27,826 nt of DNA from a bacterium. Its GTDB lineage: Bacteria > Acidobacteriota > Blastocatellia > HR10. The DNA lies in contig JBEPZV010000033.1 of the NCBI GenBank assembly GCA_041640655.1, forward strand, positions 1 through 27,826. The letters are read 5' to 3'. Every line of letters starts with the position of its first letter. Position 1 is the first letter of the stretch. Positions 1-8,663 of the stretch are shown here, one piece after another. The translations under genes and the position numbers were made by a program. Under the pieces are notes generated by a model. It did no database searches, was not told the DNA's origin, and saw only the letters and a program-made list of their open reading frames with translations.

Positions 1-311
1 ATATCGTAAGCGCCACGCGCGGCCAGCAGGCTCCGCTCATTGGCCTGAACGGCCATGCGCTCGATCTGGATCTGATTGTTGTTCTCGAGCGCCTTCAAGA
101 TCGCATCGTGCAAGGAGAGATAGAGCAGCTGATCCGGATTCACGCCGACGCGCGGCACCCGAAGCGGTTGCACGCGTTCCAAAATGACCTGGGGTCGAGG
201 GGTCTGCTGCGTCCCCGGCGCGGACGACGGCTGCTGCGCCCACACCGTCCCCAGCATCAGGACCAGGCTCCCGACCCCAGCGAACAGTCGCCGACTCCTC
301 CTATCCCGCAT
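1..311 (-). CDS. TolC/outer-membrane efflux family protein, N-terminal part (runs off the window edge)
   Basis: Not in the ORF track. Manual translation from ATG at 311 gives MRDRRSRRLFAGVGSLVLMLGTVWAQQ...LSLHDAILKALENNNQIQIER...ARGAYD. This has a signal peptide and the 'LSL.DAI..ALENN' start typical of TolC proteins. Purine-rich RBS upstream. Confidence 0.8.
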   Translation of the reverse strand, partial: MRDRRSRRLFAGVGSLVLMLGTVWAQQPSSAPGTQQTPRPQVILERVQPLRVPRVGVNPDQLLYLSLHDAILKALENNNQIQIERMAVQANERSLLAARGAYD

Positions 312-566
312 AGGCCTTCCCCTTCCCGATGGAATCATGCCCGTAATTACGCTGATGCGCGCTACGAAGTTTCAAGAGATCGCCAGCCACCCGCGCGAGC
401 GATCGCTCCCTCCACCTCGCGAAGGCAGAGCGAGACGCCCCGGCGGCCGCACAACGGGGGAGATCGAAATCCAGGACTCGCCGCTTGAGCCTCACCCGAT
501 CACCTCAGCTTGAACACTCGCATCGCTCGCGTGCTCACGTGCATCGCGAATTCGCGCGATAGCGTA

Positions 567-1439
567 TCACACCGATGCTGCAGAAGCAACCCAGGCCCTC
601 ACGCGCGCGAGATTGCGCCGATCGTCCTCGAGCGACCGCCTCGGCGTTTCGAGGATGAACGAACGCGCGGGGAAGAGCGCACCACTGACGATTCGGCGAA
701 AGGCCTCCGCGCCGATGTGCCCCTCGCCCACGTGCCAATGCCGATCCACGCGCCCGCCGCGCGGCACGCGCGTATCGTTCAGATGCAGGACATGCACGCG
801 CTCCATCCCGACCGTTCCCCGTATCTCGGTGAGCATCCGGGCGAGCCCCGCTTCGGTCACCAGATCATACCCCGCGGCGAACGCATGCGCGGTGTCCACA
901 CAGACCCCGATCGGCACGTCCTCCAGCTCATCCAAGAGCGCGGCCAGATGCTCGAATCGCCATCCGATCTGATGCCCCTGACCCGCCGTGTTCTCCAGAA
1001 GAAGGCGCAGAGCGCCCATTCGCATCCCCCGCACCGCCCGCCGAATCGCGCGCGCGCACGCGCTGATCCCCTCCTCCAGAGAGCAACCACGCGCGCTCCC
1101 CGGATGGACGACGAGATAATCGGCCCCCAACCGAATGGCGCGTCGAATCTCCTGCCGGAAGGCGCGAACGGATCGTTCGCGCACTGCGGGATCCACCGCC
1201 GCGAGATTGATCAGATAGGGCGCGTGAATGATGATCGGGTCGAGCCCCAACCGCTCGCGCTCTCGACGAAACGCCAGGACCTCTGCCCGTGCGAGAGCGC
1301 GCGCTCTCCATCCGCGAGGGTTCCGGGAGAAGAGCTGCACCGTCTGGCAGCCCAGTTCGGCCGCCTCCCGCAGCGCATGGGCCAGCTCTCCGGAGATCGA
1401 GGCGTGTATGCCGAGGCGAATCCCGTCCTCTGCGATCAT
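567..1439 (-). CDS. nfo: Endonuclease IV (AP endonuclease 2)
   Basis: Motifs GIHASI, QLFSRNPR, HAPYLINLA, VVHPGS, LENTAGQG, DTAHAFAAGYD, HLND, DRHWH and ILETP. Confidence 0.95.
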   Translation of the reverse strand: MIAEDGIRLGIHASISGELAHALREAAELGCQTVQLFSRNPRGWRARALARAEVLAFRRERERLGLDPIIIHAPYLINLAAVDPAVRERSVRAFRQEIRRAIRLGADYLVVHPGSARGCSLEEGISACARAIRRAVRGMRMGALRLLLENTAGQGHQIGWRFEHLAALLDELEDVPIGVCVDTAHAFAAGYDLVTEAGLARMLTEIRGTVGMERVHVLHLNDTRVPRGGRVDRHWHVGEGHIGAEAFRRIVSGALFPARSFILETPRRSLEDDRRNLARVRAWVASAASV

Positions 1440-1442
1440 GCC

Positions 1443-1601
1443 TCACCGCACTCCAGGCGGCCGCGTGTCGCTGGCTCTTGGCCGATCCTCGGCGCACGAG
1501 GGCCGCCCGAGTCAAGTCGGCACGCCCAACCGAGGAAGAACATACCGCATGAGGAGGACGTACCCGATCGCGAGAAGGACGAACGACAGAAGGTCTGTCA
1601 T
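1443..1601 (-). CDS. Small single-TM protein; 29 aa to UGA at 1514-1512, or 52 aa if that UGA is read as selenocysteine
   Basis: GAGGAG RBS 8 nt before ATG 1601. Translation MTDLLSFVLLAIGYVLLMRYVLPRLGVPT*LGRPSCAEDRPRASDTRPPGVR*. The second stop (1445-1443) lies 3 nt from the nfo ATG. Confidence 0.6.
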
Positions 1602-1725
1602 CCGGCTGCTCCTCTCATCGTTGTCGCGCGCCCGTATACCCCCTCACCTTCGGCGCCGAGGCGCGAGGACACCGCACGCCCCTCTTTCGTGGTCGTGCGC
1701 TCCTCGGCGCGCAGGCGGATCACGT

Positions 1726-2142
1726 TCACTCTGCCGTCTCCAGCGGCCGCTTCACGCTCTGTCGCACCGTCGAGACGATCTGCTCCAGCAGCGTCCCGGG
1801 CAGGAAGACTTCCGCCACGCCCAGGGCCTTCAGCTTCGGAATATCCTCCTGCGGGATGATTCCGCCGACGAAGACGACGACATCCTGTAACCCCTTCTCC
1901 CGCAGCAGCTGCATCACCCGGGGGACGAGCGTCATGTGCGCTCCGGAGAGGATGGAGAGGCCGATGACGTCCACATCCTCTTGGAGCGCGGCCGTGACGA
2001 TCTGCTCCGGCGTCTGCCGCAGCCCCGTGTAGATCACTTCCATGCCCGCATCGCGCAAAGCCCGCGCGACGACTTTGGCGCCTCGATCATGCCCGTCCAA
2101 TCCGGGCTTCGCGATGAGGACTCGAATCTTTCGTTCTCCCAT
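1726..2142 (-). CDS. icmB: Cobalamin-binding small subunit of acyl-CoA mutase (IcmB-like)
   Basis: B12-binding motif [10 protein letters not shown] (DxHxxG), SILSGAH and VGGIIP; directly downstream of the large subunit. Confidence 0.9.
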   Translation of the reverse strand: MGERKIRVLIAKPGLDGHDRGAKVVARALRDAGMEVIYTGLRQTPEQIVTAALQEDVDVIGLSILSGAHMTLVPRVMQLLREKGLQDVVVFVGGIIPQEDIPKLKALGVAEVFLPGTLLEQIVSTVRQSVKRPLETAE

Positions 2143-2187
2143 AGCTCGTCGGCGAGGCCACGATCGCCGAGGCCTCGGATGATGGGC

Positions 2188-3867
2188 TTAAAACGGCGGC
2201 TCTTGATATTCGCCGAAGACCTCCTTCAAGGCCTCGCAGATCTCCCCGAGCGTCGCATACGCGCGCACGCACTCGAGGATATACGGCATCGTGTTCTCGG
2301 TGCCGCGCGCGGCCTCCTTCAAGGCCTCCAGCGCGCGCCGCACCTTCGTGTTATCCCGCCGCGCGCGCAGGCGCCGCAACCGCTCCTTCTGGATCTCCGC
2401 CACCGACTCGTCAATGTAGAGGATGGGGACCTCGACCGGCTCCTTCTCGACCACGTATTCGTTGACGCCGACGATGATCTTCTCCCGCCGATCCACGGCC
2501 TGCTGATAGCGATAGGCCGCCTCCTGGATCTCTTTCTGTGGGAAGCCTCGCTCGATGGCGGCGATCATCCCTCCCATGGCGTCAATCTTCTCGAAGTATT
2601 CGTAGCAGCCCTGCTCCATCTCGCTCGTCAACTTCTCGACGAAGTAGCTTCCGGCCAGGGGATCCACCGTGTTCACGACCCCCGATTCATGCGCGATGAT
2701 CTGCTGCGTGCGGAGCGCGAGCATGGCCGTGAATTCCGTGGGCAGGGCCAGAGCTTCATCGAGGGCATTCGTGTGTAGGCTCTGCGTCCCCCCGAGCACC
2801 GCCGCCAGGGCTTGAATCGTCGTGCGCACGACGTTGTTGTACGGCTGCTGCGCCGTCAGACTGCATCCAGCCGTCTGCGTGTGGAACCGACACATCCAGG
2901 AGCGCGGATCGCGCGCGCCGAATCGCTCCCGCATGACGCGCGCCCAGACTTTGCGCGCCGCGCGGAACTTCGCGATCTCCTCGAAGAAGTCATTGTGGCA
3001 ATTGAAGAAGAAGGAGAGCCGCGGCGCGAATTCGTCCACGTGCAACCCCGCCTGAACACACCACTCGACATACTCGATCCCATCGCGCAGGGTGAACGCC
3101 AGTTCCTGCAACGCCGTCGAACCCGCCTCGCGGATGTGATAGCCCGAGATCGAGATGGGATGCCAGCGCGGCACCTCCCGCGTGCAGAAGGCGATCGTGT
3201 CCACGATCAACCGCATCGAGGGCCGAGGGGGATAAATCCACTCCTTCTGCGCGATGTATTCCTTCAGAATGTCGTTCTGGATCGTCCCCGAGATCTTCTT
3301 CCAATCCGCGCCTTGCTTCTCGGCGACCACCAAATACATGGCGAAGATGACGGCCGCCGGCGCATTGATCGTCATTGAGGTCGTCACCTCTTCAAGCGGA
3401 ATGCCGTCGAAGAGGACCTCCATGTCCTCGAGGCTGGAGACGGCCACGCCGCACTTCCCCACTTCGCCTTCGGCCAGGGGATGATCCGAATCCAGCCCCA
3501 TAAGCGTCGGCAGATCGAAGGCGACCGAGAGCCCCGTCTGCCCTTGCTCCAGGAGATACCTGAACCGCTTATTGGTGTCGAAGGCCGTGCCGAAGCCAGC
3601 GAACTGCCGCATCGTCCAGAGCTTCCCCCGATACATCGTCGGATGAATGCCCCGCGTGAACGGATACTCGCCGGGGAAGCCAATGTCCCGCTCGAAGTCG
3701 AGATGCTGAATGTCGAGCGGCGTGTACAACCGCTGGATCGGGCGCAGCGAGGTCGTCGTGAACTCCGCCGCGCGCTCGGGCAGACGCGCGAGCGTCGGCT
3801 TGAGCGTCTGTTCCTCCCATCGGGCGAGGGCTTCCTCCAGATGGCTGGTGGCTTCTCTCGTCGTCAT
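2188..3867 (-). CDS. icmA: B12-dependent acyl-CoA mutase large subunit (methylmalonyl-CoA mutase family), probably isobutyryl-CoA mutase
   Basis: Motifs [56 protein letters not shown] and GGTQSLHTN. Start set at ATG 3867 after a GGGGGAG RBS. The Phe/Gln specificity pair matches ICM. Confidence 0.85.
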   Translation of the reverse strand: MTTREATSHLEEALARWEEQTLKPTLARLPERAAEFTTTSLRPIQRLYTPLDIQHLDFERDIGFPGEYPFTRGIHPTMYRGKLWTMRQFAGFGTAFDTNKRFRYLLEQGQTGLSVAFDLPTLMGLDSDHPLAEGEVGKCGVAVSSLEDMEVLFDGIPLEEVTTSMTINAPAAVIFAMYLVVAEKQGADWKKISGTIQNDILKEYIAQKEWIYPPRPSMRLIVDTIAFCTREVPRWHPISISGYHIREAGSTALQELAFTLRDGIEYVEWCVQAGLHVDEFAPRLSFFFNCHNDFFEEIAKFRAARKVWARVMRERFGARDPRSWMCRFHTQTAGCSLTAQQPYNNVVRTTIQALAAVLGGTQSLHTNALDEALALPTEFTAMLALRTQQIIAHESGVVNTVDPLAGSYFVEKLTSEMEQGCYEYFEKIDAMGGMIAAIERGFPQKEIQEAAYRYQQAVDRREKIIVGVNEYVVEKEPVEVPILYIDESVAEIQKERLRRLRARRDNTKVRRALEALKEAARGTENTMPYILECVRAYATLGEICEALKEVFGEYQEPPF

Positions 3868-3925
3868 AGATCTCCCCCTTCCCTGACGTCGGAGTGTAAA
3901 TGGTAGGGCAGCGCGCCAGACAGTG

Positions 3926-5185
3926 TCAAACGCTCGGCCAACGCGCGTCGCGCGCCTCAGATCCAATTCGCCCGAGCAGAGCGGCGCTCCTCGCGATGCG
4001 TTCCTCGAGCGAGCGGGCGTGAACCCATCGCGCCCAGGTGGCGAGCGCCCCGAAGAACAGGAAGCTCACGCCGTAATCGGCCAGCGAGAGATCGAGCCGT
4101 CCGGCTTGAACCGTCGCGAGGATGAGCCCACCAATGATGGGGAACGCGAGTATCAATGTCCCATCTCGAAAGAGAGCCTTCACGTCGGCATGCGCCCGCG
4201 CACGGGCGAGCGCATACCCCCCAGCCACCAGCGGGAGGAGAAGGCCCGCGTGAGCGAGGATCCCCTCGAAGCGCGCGAACTTGTTCTGCATGAGGAAAGG
4301 CGAAAGCCCATGCGGATCGTGAAGGGCGAAGGGAAGCGTGACTCCCACAAGAACACCGCTGGCGAGCCCCACAAGCCCAAGCGCCGATCGCCGCCCGATC
4401 TTCCGATCCAGCAAGACGTAGACAAGTGGGATCAAGAGCACGAAATTCACCCGCCACGCCCATGCGAGCCCCAGCAGGAGAGCCACGACCGGTCTCCACC
4501 GACAAGAGGCGCCAAGTAACAGCCAACAGAAGGTCAGGACAGCGATGCTGTTGGCCGGGAGGTCGCCACCGGTGATGATCTGCTGCAGGAGGACAGGGGA
4601 GAACAGCAGAAGGCTCCACAGCAGGAGCAGTGCCTGCCGGGTATCGCCCAGGACCTCTCGCGCGACCAGGAAGAAGATGGCCAGCCAGAAGAAATTCTGA
4701 TAAGCGCTGTTCCCCAACACGACGAAGGGGAGGGAGAGCAGGAGGCCTCCGGGGAGCGGAGCGATCGGATTCCCTAAGTAGGTGGTGACGTGGTACGGGC
4801 ATCGTCCTTGAAGAAGCTCTCGGGCGCCGAGGTTCAAGGCATCGTCGCGGTCACCCCCGCCACCGATGATCCCCGCATCGGCTATGGGATAAAGGGCGGA
4901 GAAGAGTATAAAGAGCACGAGCCCTGTCGCCAGGGCGAGTCCGCAAGCCCAACGTTCCGGCACGAGAGCTTCCACCTTGCGCAGGAGCCGATGCGCGACG
5001 CTCCAAAATCCCAAAACCAGGAGGACGTAGAAAAGCGTCCCCCACATCCCGACATATTTCTGCACCTGTCCCAGGGAGGGGACGACGAGAGTGAAGCCCA
5101 CCCCAAGGGCCATGTATTCACCACGGCTCCGCAGGCCCGCCCACTTCTGCGGGAACGTCCGCGGCAGAGCCGAGCGCCACCTCAT
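3926..5185 (-). CDS. Polytopic membrane protein, possibly a GT-C fold glycosyltransferase (GT87-like)
   Basis: About 10 hydrophobic segments, with an acidic loop DRDDAL...LLQGRCPY...PLPGGLLL after the N-terminal helices. Start uncertain (5191/5185/5113). Confidence 0.55.
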   Translation of the reverse strand: MRWRSALPRTFPQKWAGLRSRGEYMALGVGFTLVVPSLGQVQKYVGMWGTLFYVLLVLGFWSVAHRLLRKVEALVPERWACGLALATGLVLFILFSALYPIADAGIIGGGGDRDDALNLGARELLQGRCPYHVTTYLGNPIAPLPGGLLLSLPFVVLGNSAYQNFFWLAIFFLVAREVLGDTRQALLLLWSLLLFSPVLLQQIITGGDLPANSIAVLTFCWLLLGASCRWRPVVALLLGLAWAWRVNFVLLIPLVYVLLDRKIGRRSALGLVGLASGVLVGVTLPFALHDPHGLSPFLMQNKFARFEGILAHAGLLLPLVAGGYALARARAHADVKALFRDGTLILAFPIIGGLILATVQAGRLDLSLADYGVSFLFFGALATWARWVHARSLEERIARSAALLGRIGSEARDARWPSV

Positions 5186-5210
5186 GCGCACTGTCCGCGC
5201 GGAGGGAGAC

Positions 5211-6428
5211 TCATGCTCCAGCGAACCGATTCGGAGCCGTTCGGATCGGACAGGTCCTCACCGATCCGAGCCCGGAGGTCGAGCAATCTACAGCTCCATC
5301 GGCATTGACCGGCAAGCCAGTTCCCCCTCCCGCCGGCCCCGCGCAGTTTGATCCCGCGGCTTCAGGGCACGTGGAATTGCCGGGAGCAGGGTCTTCAGCT
5401 GAATCCGGCCCTGTGCTCGCTCCCCAGTAGTTATTCCGCGCGTCCAACGTATAGGTCCCCCCGGCGAAGTAGAGTCCCACAGCACCGGCGACGCGACACG
5501 CAGCCAGACCCGTGCACGTGATGTTGTTGTCGTTGATCACAGGAGGCGCTGTCCCGCTCGATGTCGTCGTATCTACCGCGATCCCGACGCCATTATCCTG
5601 AAGGTGATTGGCCAGGATCTTGCTCCCCGGCGAACCATCCACGAGAATCCCCGTGCCGAAATTCAAGATCGTGTTGCGCTGTACGGTGACCCCAGTACTC
5701 CCCGGATTGAGCAGGATCCCCACCGCTCCTCTCCCCAGGTCTCCTCCATCCAGGACATTCCGCTCGATCACGACCGAACTCCCCGATGGGATATCCGAGA
5801 CGATGATCCCAGCCGTCACATCGCTCCCGACGCGATTCCCGCGCACGATCGCCTGCAACGGCTGAGCGCCTCGACCATCAACGAGGATGGCCGCACTCAC
5901 CAACTGATTCGTGATCTGATTCCCCTGGATGAGGAACGGTCCTCCGAACTCATTCACCAAGGCGATACCGGAGAAGAGCGCCGATCGGTCACGTCCGACG
6001 AGCCGACAATCCCGCACAGTCAGGGGACGCCCACTATCGCCGGAGAGAATGCCGTAACACCCGGGGGGAACTTCGATCGTGATCCCGACGATCTGAACGC
6101 GCCCCTGCCGGCCTCGCGCATCAATGACGGCCAGATTCGGCGGGCACGTCTCCAGGGTGATCACTGCGGGGATCCCCCCATTCGCCTTCCCGATCAAGGT
6201 GACCCCACCAGGGGCCAGGGAGAAGTTCACAGCCCCCTCGACCTTCCCAATGACCAGCAATGTGTCCCCATTTCGCGACTGCGCTAAGGCCTCATTCACC
6301 GTCGCATAGGTCCGCCGCAACCGCGGGTTGTACACGCGTCCTGTTCCCTGCGTGAAGACGAGCCCCGGCAGGATGAGCCCGCCCAGAATCCCCACCACCA
6401 TCAACCACGCGAACACGTTCGACCGCAT
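5211..6428 (-). CDS. Secreted right-handed parallel beta-helix (pectin lyase-like) protein
   Basis: AGGAGG RBS before ATG 6428; signal peptide; 'YATVNEAL...GDTLLV' N-cap; repeated I.GN.I / V.RN.I rungs; LDARNNYWG motif; Cys-rich C-terminus. Confidence 0.75.
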   Translation of the reverse strand: MRSNVFAWLMVVGILGGLILPGLVFTQGTGRVYNPRLRRTYATVNEALAQSRNGDTLLVIGKVEGAVNFSLAPGGVTLIGKANGGIPAVITLETCPPNLAVIDARGRQGRVQIVGITIEVPPGCYGILSGDSGRPLTVRDCRLVGRDRSALFSGIALVNEFGGPFLIQGNQITNQLVSAAILVDGRGAQPLQAIVRGNRVGSDVTAGIIVSDIPSGSSVVIERNVLDGGDLGRGAVGILLNPGSTGVTVQRNTILNFGTGILVDGSPGSKILANHLQDNGVGIAVDTTTSSGTAPPVINDNNITCTGLAACRVAGAVGLYFAGGTYTLDARNNYWGASTGPDSAEDPAPGNSTCPEAAGSNCAGPAGGGTGLPVNADGAVDCSTSGLGSVRTCPIRTAPNRFAGA

Positions 6429-6610
6429 GATCGTCCACCTCCTTTCCGAAAACGTTCGCTCGCTCCGGCACATGCGCGCGCACACGCGCCGACGACTTCA
6501 GCTTGTCATCCGCACGACACCCAGCATGGGAATGCGGACGAGGACATGGCCCCGAAGATGACTTCTCAAAGAGCTTCTCCCGCGACTCCGCACTGTTGTC
6601 GCTATCGGCG

Positions 6611-6639
6611 AGTGTAGTCGAAGTGGAAAGCCCTGTCAA
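6611..6639 (-). promoter_or_regulatory. Sigma70-type promoter for the beta-helix gene
   Basis: On the minus strand, TTGACA (6639-6634), a 17-nt spacer and TACACT (6616-6611). Confidence 0.65.
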
Positions 6640-6696
6640 GCCGAGGTTAGAACCGCTGTCCGCTCGCTACGGTCGGAGCCTCCAGCACGCGTGACG

Positions 6697-6725
6697 TTGA
6701 CAACTCGCAGGAGGGAGCCTATGAT
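6697..6725 (+). promoter_or_regulatory. Sigma70-type promoter for the tRNA-Pro/acyP/apt unit
   Basis: TTGACA (6697-6702), a 17-nt spacer and TATGAT (6720-6725), 16 nt upstream of the tRNA. Confidence 0.8.
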
Positions 6726-6741
6726 TGTGAATCTGCTGTAT

Positions 6742-6819
6742 CGGGGCGTAGCTCAGCCTGGTGAGAGCGCACGGTTCGGGACCGTGAGGTCGGTGGTTCA
6801 AATCCACTCGCCCCGACCA
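6742..6819 (+). tRNA. tRNA-Pro (anticodon CGG)
   Basis: Acceptor stem CGGGGCG/CGCCCCG, D arm GCTCAGCCTGG, anticodon arm CACGG-TTCGGGA-CCGTG, GTTCAAATCC T loop and encoded CCA. Confidence 0.97.
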
Positions 6820-6840
6820 GTTCTTGTTCTTTCTTTTCTT

Positions 6841-7116
6841 ATGCGCATTGCGCGCCGCTTTTTGATCAGTGGGATTGTGCAAGGTGTGGGCTACCGATAT
6901 TTCGCCCTCCGCGCGGCCGAACGCCATGGGATCGTCGGCTACGTGCGCAACCTGCAGGACGGGCGTGTGGAGGTGGTCGCCGAGGGCGAATCCGAAGCCA
7001 TGGAGGCCTTCAAACGCGAATTGTATCGCGGCCCGGCCGCGGCTCGCGTGACGCATATTGTCGAAGAGGTTCTTGAGCCGACGGGTCGCTATCCTCATTT
7101 CGGCGTCGCCTATTGA
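6841..7116 (+). CDS. acyP: Acylphosphatase
   Basis: Motifs GIVQGVGYR and [17 protein letters not shown]...GP.AARV. The true start is ATG 6841; the ORF-track start overlaps the tRNA. Confidence 0.93.
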   Translation: MRIARRFLISGIVQGVGYRYFALRAAERHGIVGYVRNLQDGRVEVVAEGESEAMEAFKRELYRGPAAARVTHIVEEVLEPTGRYPHFGVAY

Positions 7117-7154
7117 GACGGCCGCCCGAGGAGAGCGCGAGCGGAGTGACGTTC

Positions 7155-7676
7155 ATGGAGAGACTCAAACGCCTGATCCGAGAAATCCCGGATTTCCCCA
7201 AACCCGGCATCCTCTTCTACGACATCACGACGCTTTTGAAAGATCCCGAGGGGTTCCGCACGACGGTGGATCTGCTCTCGGAAGCGTTCGCGGGCGAGCG
7301 CGTCGATCGCGTCGTCGGCATCGAAGCGCGCGGATTCATCTTCGCGCCCGCCCTGGCCTATAAGCTCGGCGCCGGCTTCATCCCGATGCGCAAGTCGAAT
7401 AAACTCCCGGCTCCCACCGAGAGTGTGACCTACACGCTCGAATACGGAACCGATCGCCTGGAGGTTCATAAAGATGCCATCGAACCGGGCCATCGCGTCC
7501 TGATCATTGACGACCTGTTGGCGACGGGAGGGACGGCGAAAGCGGCGATCGAATTGGTGGAGAAGCTCGGCGGACACGTCGTCGGCGCGGGATTCGTCAT
7601 CGAGTTGGAGTTCCTCAAAGGACGCGAGCGGCTGGCTGGCTATCGTGTCGTCTCCCTGCTAAAATACCCGTCGTGA
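7155..7676 (+). CDS. apt: Adenine phosphoribosyltransferase
   Basis: Motifs [28 protein letters not shown] and the PRPP loop [11 protein letters not shown]. Confidence 0.96.
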   Translation: MERLKRLIREIPDFPKPGILFYDITTLLKDPEGFRTTVDLLSEAFAGERVDRVVGIEARGFIFAPALAYKLGAGFIPMRKSNKLPAPTESVTYTLEYGTDRLEVHKDAIEPGHRVLIIDDLLATGGTAKAAIELVEKLGGHVVGAGFVIELEFLKGRERLAGYRVVSLLKYPS

Positions 7677-7680
7677 CGGT

Positions 7681-7754
7681 GCTCCCGTAGCTCAGTTGGA
7701 TAGAGCGAGCGCCTCCTAAGCGCTAGGTCGCAGGTTCGATTCCTGCCGGGAGCA
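7681..7754 (+). tRNA. tRNA-Arg (anticodon CCT), CCA not encoded
   Basis: Acceptor stem GCTCCCG/CGGGAGC, anticodon arm AGCGC-CTCCTAA-GCGCT and GTTCGATTCC T loop. Confidence 0.95.
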
Positions 7755-7783
7755 TTTTCTCCTATCGGCGGATAAGGATGTCC

Positions 7784-7868
7784 TCATTCCACGGTGACCG
7801 ATTTGGCGAGGTTTCGGGGTTGATCCACATCGCAACCGCGTCGCCGCGCGATGTGATAGGCCAGAAGC
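7784..7868 (-). repeat. 85-bp direct repeat, copy 1: detached glmS 3' end ([27 protein letters not shown])
   Basis: Identical to 8664-8748 except one synonymous change (7787 vs 8667, GAA/GAG in the last Glu codon). Confidence 0.95.
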
Positions 7869-7914
7869 GGCGGCGGGGCGATGACCAACCGTGAGGGGAC
7901 CGCTGGCATGCCAC

Positions 7915-8298
7915 TCACCTCGTGGTGATCTCCAAAATGCCGACTGGATAATCAATCACGGTTCGAAAGTGCCTCAGGAAGCTCAAGCCGAGCAACCCCT
8001 CGATCCCGGCCAGCTCAGGAATGTCATGGCAGACGACGTCAACGCCTCGCACGGATAACTCCGCCACATGAATGGCTTCCACAGTGATCAACGGCGCCTC
8101 GATGACCCCATTGGCGGTGATGATCGGCATCCGGCGTTCGGAAACAGCCGGATCGTACCCGATGTCCTTGGCGACATCCCAGGCGATGACCGTGTAAACC
8201 GCGCCTGTGTCCACCAATACGTCAATTTCGCGAATACCCGAGGGACCACAGATCGCCACCCGCCTCAAGACGATAGGGATGGTCAGAGGCACCTGCAT
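7915..8298 (-). CDS. Retropepsin-like (clan AA) single-domain aspartic protease
   Basis: Catalytic LVDTGA motif, flap-like ITANG and C-terminal GLLGLSFL. Confidence 0.88.
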   Translation of the reverse strand: MQVPLTIPIVLRRVAICGPSGIREIDVLVDTGAVYTVIAWDVAKDIGYDPAVSERRMPIITANGVIEAPLITVEAIHVAELSVRGVDVVCHDIPELAGIEGLLGLSFLRHFRTVIDYPVGILEITTR

Positions 8299-8522
8299 CA
8301 GAGGATCACCGCATAGCCGGGCTTCACCACAGGGCCTGCGAAAGTGATGTACGCCCGCTCCACCTTCTTCTCCCGAAGCTTCCGATGGAGCTCTCTCCGG
8401 TCGGGATCATGAGCGATCACGTGACCGAGCACTTCTCCGGTAGGGGTCTCCTCACTGACCAAAAAGGCCAGCCACTGGCCAGCATACTGTCGCTTCGCTT
8501 GCTCTAAGCTCACCTTCTCCAC
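8298..8522 (-). CDS. Small hypothetical protein (about 74 aa, DUF5678-like), translationally coupled to the protease
   Basis: GTG start at 8522 after GGGAG; 'Y.GQWLAF...VIAHD.D..EL' pattern; TGATG stop/start overlap at 8300-8296. Confidence 0.7.
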   Translation of the reverse strand: MEKVSLEQAKRQYAGQWLAFLVSEETPTGEVLGHVIAHDPDRRELHRKLREKKVERAYITFAGPVVKPGYAVIL

Positions 8523-8663
8523 ACTTCGCTCTCCCGGCGGGTAAGGTAACATGCATCGGCGCCGTGACTCAAGGGAGAGCGCGCTGTTCTCAACCCGCTC
8601 TCAAGGCGACAGGCCCATCTGACACCGAGTGGGGAGCCGAGTCTTCCTCATCGAGCGCCCCGT

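Noticed and set aside
545..556. Perfect 12-bp palindrome CGCGAATTCGCG
   Set aside because: Single occurrence in CG-rich DNA with no U-tract or repeat context; probably chance.
510..1859. Long plus-strand ORFs (also 10180-11868, 12798-14066, 15065-16885 and others)
   Set aside because: These are antisense shadows of well-supported minus-strand genes, expected at high GC, with no recognisable motifs.
5241..5269. Inverted repeat TCGGATCGG...CCGATCCGA as a terminator
   Set aside because: It lies inside the coding 3' end of the beta-helix gene and lacks a U-tract.
7681..7783. tRNA-Arg as the integration site of the cassette or cluster
   Set aside because: No duplicate of the tRNA 3' end and no integrase in the window; the repeat involves glmS instead. 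A partner site outside the window cannot be excluded.
8600..8663. Tn7 end downstream of glmS
   Set aside because: No TGT-initiated end at the expected distance, no repeated TnsB-type sites, no 5-bp target duplication and no tns genes are visible.
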